Part shown: in pieces, positions 38,052 to 51,277 of the stretch | Position numbering within the stretch: position 1 is the first letter of the stretch | How the letters are laid out: each line of letters opens with the position of its first letter | DNA from: Eledone cirrhosa | Lineage: Eukaryota | NCBI GenBank assembly: GCA_964016885.1 | Contig: OZ024745.1 | Coordinates: 88,846,001 to 88,910,000 of the forward strand | Reading direction: 5' to 3' | Length of the DNA stretch: 64,000 bases | The notes under the pieces: model-generated | Databases searched by the model: none | What the model was told of the DNA's origin: nothing | What the model saw: the letters and a program-made list of their open reading frames with translations, nothing else | Translations under genes and position numbers: made by a program

Positions 38052-40889
38052 TATAGAAATAACAGCCATAACCATAACAATGGCAGGAAAGTGAGAAATA
38101 GTGATAATGGTAATAATACTAGCGATAGACAGAACAACAACAACCACAATAATAATAATAATAGAAACGTTAACCACAGACACAGCAACAGTGACCACAG
38201 TAGTAATAACGGTAACAATACGAACAACAACAACAACAATAACCACAGTGGTAATAATGGAAATAGTACATGTAGCAACATCAACAAAAACAAGAAACAT
38301 AATAATAGTAACAACCACAATGGTAGAAATAGCAGTAACAACAACAATAACGGTGAAGTAAACAACAATACATCTAGCAATCATAACAATAATAATATTA
38401 ATGCTAAGGATAGAAACAACAACAACCACCATGATAACAATAATAGCAACACACACAACTATGACGATAGAAATAACGACAACCCCTTAGAGAAACTATT
38501 TTTCAACCCAGCTGACAAAACATATAAGATGGGTAATATCTATCCTACGAGGTTACCCTTTAATAAAAGAGTTTGCATACCACAACAAATAGATGACGAG
38601 ACGGAGGCACAGTTCACCATAGCTAGAAATAAGATTAGACAAGTAGTAGACAGGTACACTATGAGACAGAGCAGACCAGAGGCCCAACAACTTGGGATAA
38701 AACCTGTAGAAGGCTTGGTTAGCCTCAAGCAGCGCACAAGGGATGGTGAGGTAGTGTGTCTACCCACAGATAAGTCTGGTAGGATGTCAATAGATAGCAT
38801 GCCGAACTACATCGAGGCAATGCAACCCCACATCACCAACACGAGCGAAGTTGCACAACTAACACACGATGGGAGAGAAAAAATCCTCAACGCTCACATG
38901 ATGATGTGGACTGACATCCTAAAGCCAAGCAGACGCACTGCCAACAACTTCCAGGCGTCTAACAATGGCATACCACCCTTGTATGGGCTCCGCAAAGACC
39001 ACAAGACAGTCGACGACCCGACAATAGGACCACCAACAAGACCTGTATGCGGAGCTAATATAGCTAGCAACTACAGGATCTCCTACTTCCTCTCAATGGT
39101 TATACGCCCCATAATCAAGATGTCCCCAGATGTATGTGAAAGTACAGAGGACCTCCTCAGCAGAATCAGTGAGTGCAACAAAAACAGGAGCCTATCCAAC
39201 TGCATAATAGGCAGCATGGATGTGGTGTCACTGTACCCATCCATTAACATTGATTTTGCTGTGAAAAGATGTGTGGAGATGATCATTGAGAGTGAGGTGG
39301 AGTTCTGCGACGTCGACACAGACGAACTGGGCCTCCTACTTAGACTTACCTACGACACTGACTACCTAGACAGCCATGACCTTAGATGTTTCTGCCCTAG
39401 TAGACCTATAAGAGGTAGACCCCCCACCATAACCTCAATGGCTAAAAAGACTCCCATAGGAAGGTGGATTGGGTGGACCAAAGCTATACGGACCCCCCAA
39501 AACACTGATCAGGTAAGAAAAATGGTCGCACATGCAATAGGGGCTAGTATCAAAACTACCCTAAAGGGCCACATATTTAAGTTCAATGAGAAAATCTACA
39601 CCCAAAATGAGGGAGCAGCCATCGGCGTCAGCATAGCTGGCGATGTTGCCAACCTTTTCATGGTATGGTGGGAAAGGAGACTTAAAGATCTCCTTAATGA
39701 AAGCTCCATAGACCTCATCATGTACTCTCGTTATGTAGACGATATCAATATAGTTATAAGAACACCCCCACTAGAGAGCACTAACAAGTTTGATTTAGAA
39801 CGTAGCACGATGGAAAGCATCCAGCAGATAGCTAATTCCATACACCAGAGTATAACTGTAACTATAGACTTCCCTTCCAAACACCCTAACAATAGACTAC
39901 CTGTATTAGACACAGAACTCTGGATTAACACTATAGACGAGAGAGCCCAAATTCTCCACTCACACTATGCTAAACCCATGGCCTCCAAATACCTGATACT
40001 CAAAAACTCAGCAATGTCCAGTAGTGCTAAGTTTAATATTCTGATCGCAGATTTGGTACGAGTGATGAAGAATGTGTCCAGCATGTGCGACCCAACAGAA
40101 ATGGAAGGACACATCCAACACTTCATCAACCGCATGCAGTTCTCTGGCTACAACCAAAGAGACAGAGTCAGAGTATACGAAGGAGCCATGGAAAAGTATA
40201 AGACCCTCATAGAACTGGACATGAAAGGAATTTGCCCACTATACAGGAGCAAATCATGGAATAGCTTAGATAGGGCTAGACATAAGATAGGGAAGGCCAC
40301 ATCATGGTACGACAACCAGAGATATCAGAGTGTCATGTTTGTGGACGCCACCCCTGGAGGGAAATTAGCTAACCAGTGTAGAAAGGCCCTGAGAAAGACC
40401 CACTTAAAAATAAAGGTGGTAGAAAAGCCAGGAACCACCATAAAATCCCTGATCAGCAAAACCTACCCTTTTAAGAAAACCCACTGTACCAATAGGAAAT
40501 GTATCATATGTAAGGTGAACCCCCGGATAAACTGTAAAACTAGAAACGTAGTCTATAGCATAAGATGTACAGAGGGTACTTGCAGAAACACGACAACAAC
40601 ATACATAGGTGAGACAGCTCGTAGCATAGGTGAAAGGATAGACCAACACTGGGGGGAACTAAAAGGACGAAAAAACGGGTCAGTACTATACGAACATGCT
40701 AGACAACATCATGACGGTAACATAGACAACATAGAAATTAGAATAATATCTAAACATAGGAATGACCCAGCAGATAGGCAAATCAGAGAGGCCAGTGAAA
40801 TAGAAATTAGAAGACCAAAGCTAAACAGAAAGAATGAGTGGAACAACAACAACACCCAAACAAACAACACTGACCTAAGAGACATATAA
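38052..40889 (+). CDS. Inverted second copy of the same PLE RT-EN frame (more truncated)
   Basis: Protein identical to the minus-strand copy except the last residues (LRDI vs LREV). Confidence 0.9.
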   Translation, partial: YRNNSHNHNNGRKVRNSDNGNNTSDRQNNNNHNNNNNRNVNHRHSNSDHSSNNGNNTNNNNNNNHSGNNGNSTCSNINKNKKHNNSNNHNGRNSSNNNNNGEVNNNTSSNHNNNNINAKDRNNNNHHDNNNSNTHNYDDRNNDNPLEKLFFNPADKTYKMGNIYPTRLPFNKRVCIPQQIDDETEAQFTIARNKIRQVVDRYTMRQSRPEAQQLGIKPVEGLVSLKQRTRDGEVVCLPTDKSGRMSIDSMPNYIEAMQPHITNTSEVAQLTHDGREKILNAHMMMWTDILKPSRRTANNFQASNNGIPPLYGLRKDHKTVDDPTIGPPTRPVCGANIASNYRISYFLSMVIRPIIKMSPDVCESTEDLLSRISECNKNRSLSNCIIGSMDVVSLYPSINIDFAVKRCVEMIIESEVEFCDVDTDELGLLLRLTYDTDYLDSHDLRCFCPSRPIRGRPPTITSMAKKTPIGRWIGWTKAIRTPQNTDQVRKMVAHAIGASIKTTLKGHIFKFNEKIYTQNEGAAIGVSIAGDVANLFMVWWERRLKDLLNESSIDLIMYSRYVDDINIVIRTPPLESTNKFDLERSTMESIQQIANSIHQSITVTIDFPSKHPNNRLPVLDTELWINTIDERAQILHSHYAKPMASKYLILKNSAMSSSAKFNILIADLVRVMKNVSSMCDPTEMEGHIQHFINRMQFSGYNQRDRVRVYEGAMEKYKTLIELDMKGICPLYRSKSWNSLDRARHKIGKATSWYDNQRYQSVMFVDATPGGKLANQCRKALRKTHLKIKVVEKPGTTIKSLISKTYPFKKTHCTNRKCIICKVNPRINCKTRNVVYSIRCTEGTCRNTTTTYIGETARSIGERIDQHWGELKGRKNGSVLYEHARQHHDGNIDNIEIRIISKHRNDPADRQIREASEIEIRRPKLNRKNEWNNNNTQTNNTDLRDI

Positions 40890-41149
40890 ATAAATAAGTA
40901 AATTAAATAAAATAAAATAAGATAAATAAATACATACACAAGCACATAAACACACACTAGTCACCCAGCAGACACAACACTATACACACTAGTCACACAT
41001 CACACATAACACTATACACACACGCAAACGCATGCGCAAAGAAGACAAAATAAAATAAGATAAACAAACAAGCAAATAAATAAATAAATATATAGACAGA
41101 CTGAACAAAAAAAATGGCGTAGACATACAACACAACAGGAGGAACAATG

Positions 41150-41206
41150 AATATAACACCACTGACGATGTTGCAGATGTGCAACGAAAGATTTATGTAA
41201 ACTATA
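41150..41206 (+). ncRNA. Hammerhead-like motif with weak stem I
   Basis: CCA CTGACGA T GTTGCA-GATG-TGCAAC GAAA G-AT-T TA TG. Same position as the HHR of the sister family at 42668-42712. Confidence 0.6.
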
Positions 41207-41410
41207 TATATATGTGTTTGTCTATATTGTATCTGTATTATTTTTGACCGCCGGTCAGTCAATGGCAACATTGAGGACCGAGTAAGTTAGATCGCAGATA
41301 TATATATATAAAAGACAGCGAGAAGCGAAAACCAACCAAACAGTGAGTGTGTTCTGTTATTAATTCTGGCAATATTACGCAAATATGACCCTCCCCAAAT
41401 ATAACAATAT

Positions 41411-42520
<1,110 letters not shown>

Positions 42521-42526
<6 letters not shown>

Positions 42527-43210
42527 ATACTTTGGGAGGGTCATGTTGCCAATAAGAAACACACGCACCAGTTGTTTCACTTCAGTTTATTATATATTTA
42601 TAAATTTACAAATTTATGAATTTCTGGTTGGTTGGTTGGTTCCACAACCAGATAGTTGTTTATATATAGTCATAGTTCTTTCGTCACACACTCTGTGACT
42701 TCTTCAGTGACTGGGGATTTCTTTCTTTGTTTCTGTGCCTCTCCTTTGTTCTGTCCTACGCCATTTTGTTTCTGTGTGTGTGTTGTGTGCTCAGTGTGCG
42801 CATGCGCCACATCCGGGTGTCTGTGTGTGTTTATGTGTTTATGTACATGTTACTGGTTGGTTGTTTGTTCTATGTGTGTGTGTATTTTCATCTTGTCCTT
42901 AATTGTAAGTTGTGATGTTGCTGTTCCACTCATATTTTCTATTTAATTTTGGTTGTAATTCTTTTATGTTTATTGCCTCTGGAATTTGTCTAAACATTGC
43001 GTCTTTTCTGTGTGTAGATTCTATTTTTATTTCTATGTTCTCTAATTTACCCTTGTGTTCTATCTTAGCATGTTGGTAGAGTACAGATGATTCTTTATTA
43101 TCTTGAAGGTCTCGCCAGTGTTCATTTATCCGTTCCCAAAGTATAACAATATCGGTTTCAACACACGATTTCAGATAAAGAATCTTGATAAACAAATTCA
43201 GAAACGAAAT
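42521..43210. mobile_element. Small fold-back PLE fragment (EN C-terminus plus LTR on minus strand; LTR end plus tail on plus strand)
   Basis: ERINEHWR..SVLYQH..RQIPEA..PKLNRKYEW. Related to 52293-55167 and 34201-41410. Confidence 0.85.
42668..42712 (-). ncRNA. Minimal type I hammerhead ribozyme
   Basis: AGTCA CTGAAGA A GTCACA-GAGTG-TGTGAC GAAA G-AA-C TA TGACT. Confidence 0.85.
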
Positions 43211-43295
43211 ATATATATATATATATACATATATATGTATATTTGTTTCAACACACGATTTCCTATCAAAAACTTTGCAAAACGAATTCATCACC

Positions 43296-43356
<61 letters not shown>

Positions 43357-43701
43357 GTGTGTGTTTTGCAACGGGTCACTTTGTGGATCAATGAAGAGTT
43401 AATAAATTAAACAATCAGAGCTATATATCATAAAACATGTCTATCGAATCACCAGATAAAATATATACCGTTTCCTCTCCCAATTAGCATAATTAACCAT
43501 ATAAAAAATCAATTAGACCAAGCTATAAGGATAAAGGCTCCTATGAAGAAATCTCCGACAAATAACCGAAAGCAGCCTTTCGCAGCGGTTGCGACGGAGT
43601 ATTTATCGAGTATTTCGACAGCGTGTATAAATCGACCAGATATACAGTCATCTAAACAGAATTAGGTGTAAAATAAACTAGGAGAAAAGTGAACATATTT
43701 A

Positions 43702-43785
43702 GTTACCTCTACCATGGTTTCGTCTGCATTTTAAGATATCCGATAACATTGGAAATCTGGAGCACCGGACTCTTCAGGAATTAGC
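43702..43785 (-). ncRNA. Type I hammerhead ribozyme with extended stem II
   Basis: GCTAATTC CTGAAGA GTCCG..CAGAC GAAA C-CATG-G TA GAGGTAAC. Other copies give CGGAT and TGGAC, implying consensus GTCCG/CGGAC. Confidence 0.75.
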
Positions 43786-44342
43786 TCAAATTTAGACAAT
43801 TAATTTTCCAAAGTGATCGCGCCAAGAATACATTAAAAAATGGCTAAGAATCGTGACGTGACAGCGGTCAAGTTAGAAAGAATGTGATTAGTTGCTTACG
43901 GCTGGTGGCCTTTTGCTAGAAAGCGCAGCCCAATACAACCAAAATTGTATCTCAACATAACGGGAGATTATTACATATAAAGGTTTACATCTATATATAT
44001 ATATGTGTTTTGCAATGGGTCACTATGTTTGTCTATGAAGAGATAATAAATTAAACAATCAGAGCTATATATCATAAAACGTGTATAGAATTACTAGATA
44101 AAATATATACCGTTTCCTCTCCCAAATAGCATAATTAACCATATAAAAATCAATTAGATCAAGATATAAGGATAAAGGCTCCTATGAAGAAATCTCCGAC
44201 AAATAACCGAAAGCAGCCCTTCGCGGCGGTTGCGACGGAGTATTTATCGAGTATTTCGACAGCGTGTATAAATCGACCAGATATACAGTCAACTAAACAG
44301 AATTAGGTGTAAAATAAACTAGGAGAAAAGTGAACATATTTA

Positions 44343-44426
44343 GTTACCTCTACCATGGTTTCATCCGCATTTTAAGATATCCGATAACATTGGAAATCTG
44401 GAGCACCGGACTCTTAAGGAATTAGC
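44343..44426 (-). ncRNA. Hammerhead ribozyme, G5 mutated (CTTAAGA)
   Basis: Tandem copy of 43702-43785. Confidence 0.6.
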
Positions 44427-44622
44427 TCAAATTTAGACAATTAACTTTCCAAAGTGATCGCGCCAAGAATACTTTAAAAAATGGCTAAGAATCTTGACGT
44501 GACAGCAGTCAAGTTAGAAAGAATGTGATTATTTGCTTACGGCTGGTGGCCTTTTGCTAGAAAGCGCAGCCCAATACAGCCAAAATTGTATCTCAACCTA
44601 ACGGGAGATTATTACATATAAA

Positions 44623-44676
<54 letters not shown>

Positions 44677-44677
<1 letters not shown>

Positions 44678-47510
44678 AGGAGGTGAGTTTTATTGTAGTA
44701 CAATAAAGCAATGCAGATATCGGATAAGAAGCACTCTACAGTTTGTAGGACTGGAGTATATATAATATATAAGAACAAAAGATGGTTAAAAGAGTTCCAT
44801 GTATTTTATTATGCACATTTCAAAAACAAATATCAACATGCAATAATATTTGTGTTTTCATCGGATAAAACAGGAAGACATGATATGAAGGTTAAAAAAC
44901 ACTTGTGGATAGTGCAGTTTTAAATCAACATATGAAAAGTAGTTTTAGATTGATGTGTGATTTTGGGAAAAATATTTTATTTTGAGGGGGGGGGGGGATG
45001 AAAAAGAGGAGATGAGAGTAAAAAGTGGAGAAGGAGGAGTATAATGAGGAAGGATGAGACAGGAGGAGAGATGGGTGATAGAGAGATAGCTTTTATAACT
45101 GAGAAAGATATATTGTTTTACATAGAGAGGTTGAAAACTGTTGGAAGATAATGTATAAATTAAAAGAATTTGAAAATTAACGAAGCGAAAAATAATGTAT
45201 AGTTAATGTTTGTATATTGAGGGGTTTAATAATATGTGCGATGAAAAGAAAATCTTAATATGTATTAAGAATAATATTTAAGGGTTTAATAACATGTGCG
45301 ATGGAAAAGAAAAAGTTAATATGTATTAAGAATGATATTAAGGGTTTAATAATATGTGCGATGGAAAGAAAATGTTGATATGTATTATTAAAAAGAATAA
45401 CAGGTAATTTAAGTAAGGATATATAGTGAGATGAGCATGAATGAGTTAGATGAAAGGGAGAAAAAATAATGAATTGAGGATGAATAATCTAACGTCAAAA
45501 AAATGTTTGTTTACGAAGGATTGTTACAAGGTGATATAGAGTAATAATGTATTATATTATGTAATAATTGATTCTATGTTAGGCAACAGTGAGAAAAGCT
45601 ACAGATTAGGGATTAGACATTAAAAGAAGAGAAGAAAGGGAAGTGATAAATAGGAGCGATATAGAATGAGTAACAAGTATTATAGAATGTATAATAACCT
45701 TTGAAATAAGGTAGAAAGATGGGTATATTTTTAAAGAAGTGTATATATATATATGCCTTTGAGAAAAAGATTCTAAATTGATAACGAATATTAGCTGCAT
45801 ACTTTGTGGAATGTTTTGTGGAATTTATGCAAGCATATAGAAAACAAGTCAGTGCGTCTATTTATTATAGAATCTAAATTAGATATAATGGTAAATTTTT
45901 CATTTAGACAGAGATTGTAAATTTTGGCTAGAGAACTGTTCAAGCATGAATACGCGGAAGAAATCTTCTTCCAAAAGATGCTATATTTAATATTTTTGTC
46001 TTTCAAGGACCATATGAGCTCTGAGAGAGCCGTGTTGGTTCTTTTAAGTTTGTATTTAAAAGACGAATGATGATTATAAAGACGAGCTTTAAAAGATGTG
46101 GAAGTGGAGCCAAAATAGGTGAAGGAATTGGTGTCAGTTATAACTTTACATTCGTAAATTAAGTTTTTATCAAGACAATGGTTGTTGAGAGGACATTTAT
46201 TTTTAACAGTGCAATTGCGATTAGAGAGATTATTAACGAGTGACCTAGTGTTATCTATAGAAGGAATTGGATTGGAGAAGTTATTTGCGATAGGAATAAT
46301 AGTTTCTTGATTTAGAATGGGATTAAGAACATTTAGCGAAGTTGTGTTTGACGTTGTATTTGGGTTTGCAGAAATTAGCCTAGGGTTTACAATGACGTCG
46401 GGAGTACTATTACTATTATTATGATATTCAGTGTTGGAAGGAAGAGATTTAGTATTTAGTATTTTATTGTTGTGTTTAGAGATAATGTTGGAAATGTTGG
46501 AGGATGTAGAATAGGAAAATTTTATAGTGTGTTTGTTAAATATTTTACTATAGATATGTGAGGGAGGGAAGCATTTATTTAAGGCACTAAAGAATAATTA
46601 AGGAATATTGTTATTAATAGAGATGGAGAAAGGAGCATTATACCAGATTATGTTTTTGTATCTAGGTCTTTTATTAAAGTTATTGGAATGATCATGATTA
46701 ATTATTCTACTGTAAGTTCTTCTAGAATTTGTTTCTTTACTATATTTGATTATATCAGGATAGCCGGCTTTAGAAAGCGCGTTATTATAGTAATTGGCGT
46801 TAGCATCTAACTCATTCATGCTCATCTCACAATATATCCTTACTTAAATTACCTGTTATTCTTTTTAATAATACATATCAACATTTTCTTTCCATCGCAC
46901 ATATTATTAAACCCTTAATATCATTCTTAATACATATTAACTTTTTCTTTTCCATCGCACATGTTATTAAACCCTTAAATATTATTCTTAATACATATTA
47001 ACATTTTCTTTTCATCGCACATATTATTAAACCCCTCAATATACAAACCTTAACTTTACATTATTTTTTCTCTTCGTTAATTTTCAAATTCTTTTAATTT
47101 ATACATTATCTTCCAACGGTTTTCAACTTCTCTATGTAAAACAATATATATTTCTCAGTTATAAAAGCTATCTCTCTCTAACTATCACCCATCTCTCCTC
47201 CTATCTCATCCTTCCTCATTATACTCCTCCCTCTCCACTTTTTACTCTCATCTCCTCCTATTTTTCATCCTTTCCACCCCCACCCCCTCAAAATAAAATA
47301 TTTTTTCCCAATATCACACATCAATCTAAAACTACTTTTCATATGTTGATTTGAAACTGCACTATCCACAATTGTTTTTTAACCTTCATATCATGTCTTC
47401 CTGTTTTATCTGATGAAAACAAATATTATTGCATGATGATAATTGTTTTGAAATGCGCATAATAAAATACATGGAACTCTTTTAACCATCTTTTGTTCTT
47501 ATATATTATA
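44677..47510 (-). mobile_element. Penelope-like element (Naiad-type), 5'-truncated, with inverted LTR copy
   Basis: Minus-strand remnant about 46825-45791: YYNNALSKAGY, IIWYNAPFS, NC..CPL...C, LIY..YFGST..FKAR, LCLNEK. Arms at about 44759-45452 and 46804-47510. Confidence 0.85.
47403..47468 (+). ncRNA. Type I hammerhead ribozyme
   Basis: GTTTTAT CTGATGA AAACAA..TTGTTTT GAAA T-GCGC-A TA ATAAAAT. The mirror copy at about 44803-44871 (-) has CCGATGA. Confidence 0.8.
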
Positions 47511-47511
47511 T

Positions 47512-47544
<33 letters not shown>

Positions 47545-48050
47545 GTTTTGCAACGGGTCACTTTGTGGCTCAATGAAGAGTTAATCTATTAAACAATCAG
47601 AGCTATATATCATAAAACATGTCTATAGAATCACCAGATAAAATATATACCGTTTCCTCTTCCAATTAGCATAATTAACCATATAAAAAATCAATTAGAC
47701 CAAGCTATAAGGTGCTCCAGATTTCCAATGTTATCGGATATCTTAAAATGTGGACGAAACCATGGTAGAGGTAACTAAATATGTTCACTTTTCTCCTAGT
47801 TTATTTTACACCTAATTCTGTTTAGTTGACTGTATATCTGGTCGATTTATACACGCTGTCGAAATACTCGATAAATACTCCGTCCCAACCGCCGCGAAGG
47901 GCTTCTTTCGGTTATTTTCGGAGATTTCTTCATAGGAGCCTTTATCCTTATAGCTTGGTCTAATTGACTTTTTATATGGTTAATTATGCTCATTGGGAGA
48001 GGAAACGGTATATATTTTATCTGGTGATACTATAGACATGTTTTATGATA
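47545..48050. mobile_element. Fold-back copy of family 7 with truncated HHR
   Basis: 47545-47712 is direct and 47711-48050 inverted relative to 43361-43990. Confidence 0.8.
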
Positions 48051-48076
48051 TATATATATAGAGAGATAGAGAGAGA

Positions 48077-48917
48077 GAATTCACAAGAATCAAAGCTATG
48101 TTCAAAGCATTTTTTCACTTACAATTGTTTCATCCAAACCTAGGCTTGGAGTCTTCGGATCATTTTTCAATGTTTTTACACATAATTGACCTCCTTTCCA
48201 ACGCAAGGGACATACAGAAAAATATATATATTGATGTACAGTGGAGTGACATATATTATACTATATTATTTCTGTATAGCAATTCAAAATCAAAATTAAA
48301 ATTAAAACTAAATTAAAATACATTCGGCAATTAACAAGCAATTTTGCAAGAGGATAGTTTGTTAGTCAGATGTAGTAGTTAGTGTATGCGTTAGTGACAC
48401 GTGGGGCATGCAAGTGTGTCTCATTTATATATGATTGTGTGGCAGGGTGTTACATGTAATATAAGCACTTTAAGCGGGTAAGTAAGAGTATTATGTTGGT
48501 TGTAGTGGTAAGGTATTTTTTGTATATAATAAAAAAAGTATGTGTGCAGAAAAATAAAAATAAAAAGGAGAAGCAAAAGAAAGTTATGGTTTTCGTATCC
48601 ACCACCATTTTCACAATCAGGAAAAGTAATACATAGTTTTTACATCCATCACATAAGTAACGATGGTTCCGTATTGGATGTTTGATGCATTAAATTAAAT
48701 TATTTTAGCTTATTGCGGCTCAGTGTTATTTAATCCAAATTTATAGAATAGGTTGATTCTGCTGTGAGAATTTTCAGCGGTTTATTATCCGGAAGTATGT
48801 GTGTAATTAAGGGGAGTTAATGCGTAAATTCTGAATTAAGACTCCAAGACTAGGTTTGGATGAAACGATTGTAAGTGAATAAATGCGTTGAACATAGCTT
48901 TGATTCTTGTGAATTCT
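48077..48917. mobile_element. Fold-back PLE-LTR-like remnant, family 9, with two degenerate HHR motifs
   Basis: Arms at about 48077-48160 and 48837-48917. Motif CCGAAGA C TCCAAG-CCTAGG-TTTGGA T GAAA C-AATT-G TA at 48115-48162 (-); degenerate copy at 48828-48876 (+). Confidence 0.6.
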
Positions 48918-49092
48918 ATATAACTGCTCTGTAGAACAACTGATGTTATTACATTGATTCTTTATCTTACTGGTAATAATGTATTACTGACCTTCACTGT
49001 TTAGGGTTTAAAATATACATAACTATAAAAAGTTTTAGTATATATATAACCATAAATAGTATCCTTAATATTATATATATGTATATATAATA

Positions 49093-49613
49093 AACGTGAT
49101 CTGAGATTTTCGAATATTAATAATATCATTCGATTCGTTTGCAATTATGCAAACAAGCGTCATTTTTAAAACCATGTCAGTAGAATGAACACTTCATCCT
49201 TGCTCTTGTGTTGGCATGTAAACAGAACTGCAGACACTAATGTTTCTGGTATCACCCTTCATCAGAACAGTTCACTGTTCACCTGTCAACTGTCAGAGCT
49301 AGTGAAAATATATGCTATTTTCAAAAATACACAGTGACTGATCGGCCTGATTTGCATATTAGCAGACTGGCTGATCAGTCAGATCTGCATATTAGCAGAT
49401 CCACTGATCGGACAGATTTGTATATCAGCAGACTGGCCAGTGAGTTTCCTGTATACGAGCGATAAATGGCCGGCTTTACCAAATTCTAATAAAAATAGAG
49501 AATGTTCGCTCTACATGGCTGAATACAATAAATGTAATCTGAGCTTTTCGAATATTAATAATAACATTCGATTCGTTTGCAATTATGCAAACAGGCCTCA
49601 ATTTTATAGCCAT
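49093..49613 (-). mobile_element. ORF-less HHR repeat family 5: one ~438-bp unit plus ~80-bp terminal redundancy
   Basis: 49093-49175 is repeated at 49531-49613. Three internal ~33-bp repeats (GATTTGCATATTAGCAGA..). Confidence 0.8.
49225..49273 (-). ncRNA. Type I hammerhead ribozyme
   Basis: GAACTGTT CTGATGA AGGGT-GAT-ACCA GAAA C-ATTAGT-G TC TGCAGTTC. Confidence 0.75.
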
Positions 49614-49629
49614 ATATATTCATATATAT

Positions 49630-49688
<59 letters not shown>

Positions 49689-50629
49689 GTAGAACACTAG
49701 TCGGTTATATCTGTAGAAGTAGAATACTCAGTCGATGGGACGAGTTTGATATCGAATGATCGGAACCTGTTTTCTATCTTCATTTAAATAATATATCCTA
49801 AAGCCATTTTATTTACACGAGACAAAGTGTGTAATCCTCTAAATTCGTAATATTACGTGTTCGTACAAGCTATACATTTTAATATGTCCAAACGCCAACT
49901 ATTAAATTTATTCCATAAAGGTTATGAATATTATATCATATCTCTTCGATAATTTTCTTTTTATTAGGTGCTCCTTACGAACACATAAACAAATGTACAG
50001 TCATTCTGCCTATATAGTTGCATTTAAAATCTGTTAAAGTGCTTAAATATAAACCTTAAGTTTGTGTAAAATGTTTGAACGTAGCTGTAGGCAGATTATT
50101 GGATATCACCTCTTTGATGTTTTCACACAAACTGTCTGTACACTTTGGAATTAAATCGTTTATGCCCTTAATCAACCAACCATGTGTTAGGGTCGGTTGA
50201 TTGATAATGTTATTAATATTTCATGTTGACTGTGTGAAGAAATCTTTTGCACAAAAAAATATTTTACACACAAGTTTAATACGTGCGGAGTTAATTTGAT
50301 TTATGCTCAGATCGGAAGCTAGAACCTCATGGGATTTGTTCTGAGGGTTTTCTTCTCTTTTCCACTGATGCTACATTGTTTGAGATTTGTATTTAGAGTT
50401 ATATCTTCTAAATCGTTGGCTCTTTGTTTGAATATGCTATTTAATTATTTAGGATGTTATCATTAAATCTGCACTCTAGTCACAATACTCGTGATTTACT
50501 TTTGTTAATACTCAATGTATTCGGAAATGCCATTAACAGAAATCATTATCGTTGCTGTTAAGTTAGTGGCTTCGCAGTGTTGATAAAGCATCGAACAAAA
50601 TTGTATGTGCTATTGAATAACTATTTTCT

Positions 50630-50799
50630 AGTGTAGTGGGTTGGCAGAATCGTTAGCACGTTCGATAAAACGTTATGTTGCATTTGATCCTGCTCTTTAT
50701 ATTCTGATTTCAAATCTCGCCGAAGTCAAACTTGTCTTTTAATCATTCTACGATTGATAAATATGGTACCAGATGATTACTGAGGTCGATATAGTCAGT

Positions 50800-50800
<1 letters not shown>
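50630..50800 (+). mobile_element. Diverged SINE (octopus-type)
   Basis: TGGCAGAATCGTTAGCAC head, TTCAAAT..CGCCGAAGTC..GATAAA..GTACCAG. Confidence 0.6.
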
Positions 50801-50844
<44 letters not shown>

Positions 50845-51245
50845 GCAGGTTATTTAAAACTGCAATCGTTCGATATATTGATATTATGGTGGAGGGTTAA
50901 GGAAGCCCGCTACATGTTATACTGTCGCACTTTGAATGAGATGTATTCAATAGAAACTGAAATATGTTTGCTTATGAATGAGCTAGAAAGAGATGACATT
51001 ATTCATAGCTTTACTATTGAAGTTATCACAACTAGAGACATATTTTGTTAGAAAAAGCAATTGTGGTACTTTCTAGAAAATCAAATAGCATTATCGCTCA
51101 TAATCATGATTTTCGATTTTAATAAGATTTATCATGATATCATGATATAAATTTAGTTGTTATTAAATAGGTATCCAAACACGAACTTTGGCAATGATAT
51201 TTCCGTAATATATTACTCTGCACACTACTAAAGAATTTATTTATT

Positions 51246-51248
<3 letters not shown>

Positions 51249-51277
<29 letters not shown>

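Larger units (their letters stand above)
34201..41410. mobile_element. Young Penelope-like element in head-to-head inverted configuration
   Basis: Arms 34256-37614 and 38052-41410 are almost identical reverse complements with a 437-bp spacer. An extra 55-bp tail (34201-34255) is on the left arm only. Confidence 0.95.
43361..44627 (-). mobile_element. Two tandem ~640-bp ORF-less HHR-bearing units, family 7
   Basis: 43361-43990 is similar to 44005-44627, separated by a short (TA)n. Third copy at 47545-48050. Confidence 0.8.

Noticed and set aside
43532-43580. AAAGGCT..TATGAAGA..GAAA..AGCCTTT hammerhead-like hairpin
   Set aside because: Core is wrong, there is no stem II and no NUH site; just a hairpin.
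49347-49440. CRISPR-like repeat-spacer array
   Set aside because: Only three degenerate units with related spacers, eukaryotic context, and no cas genes.
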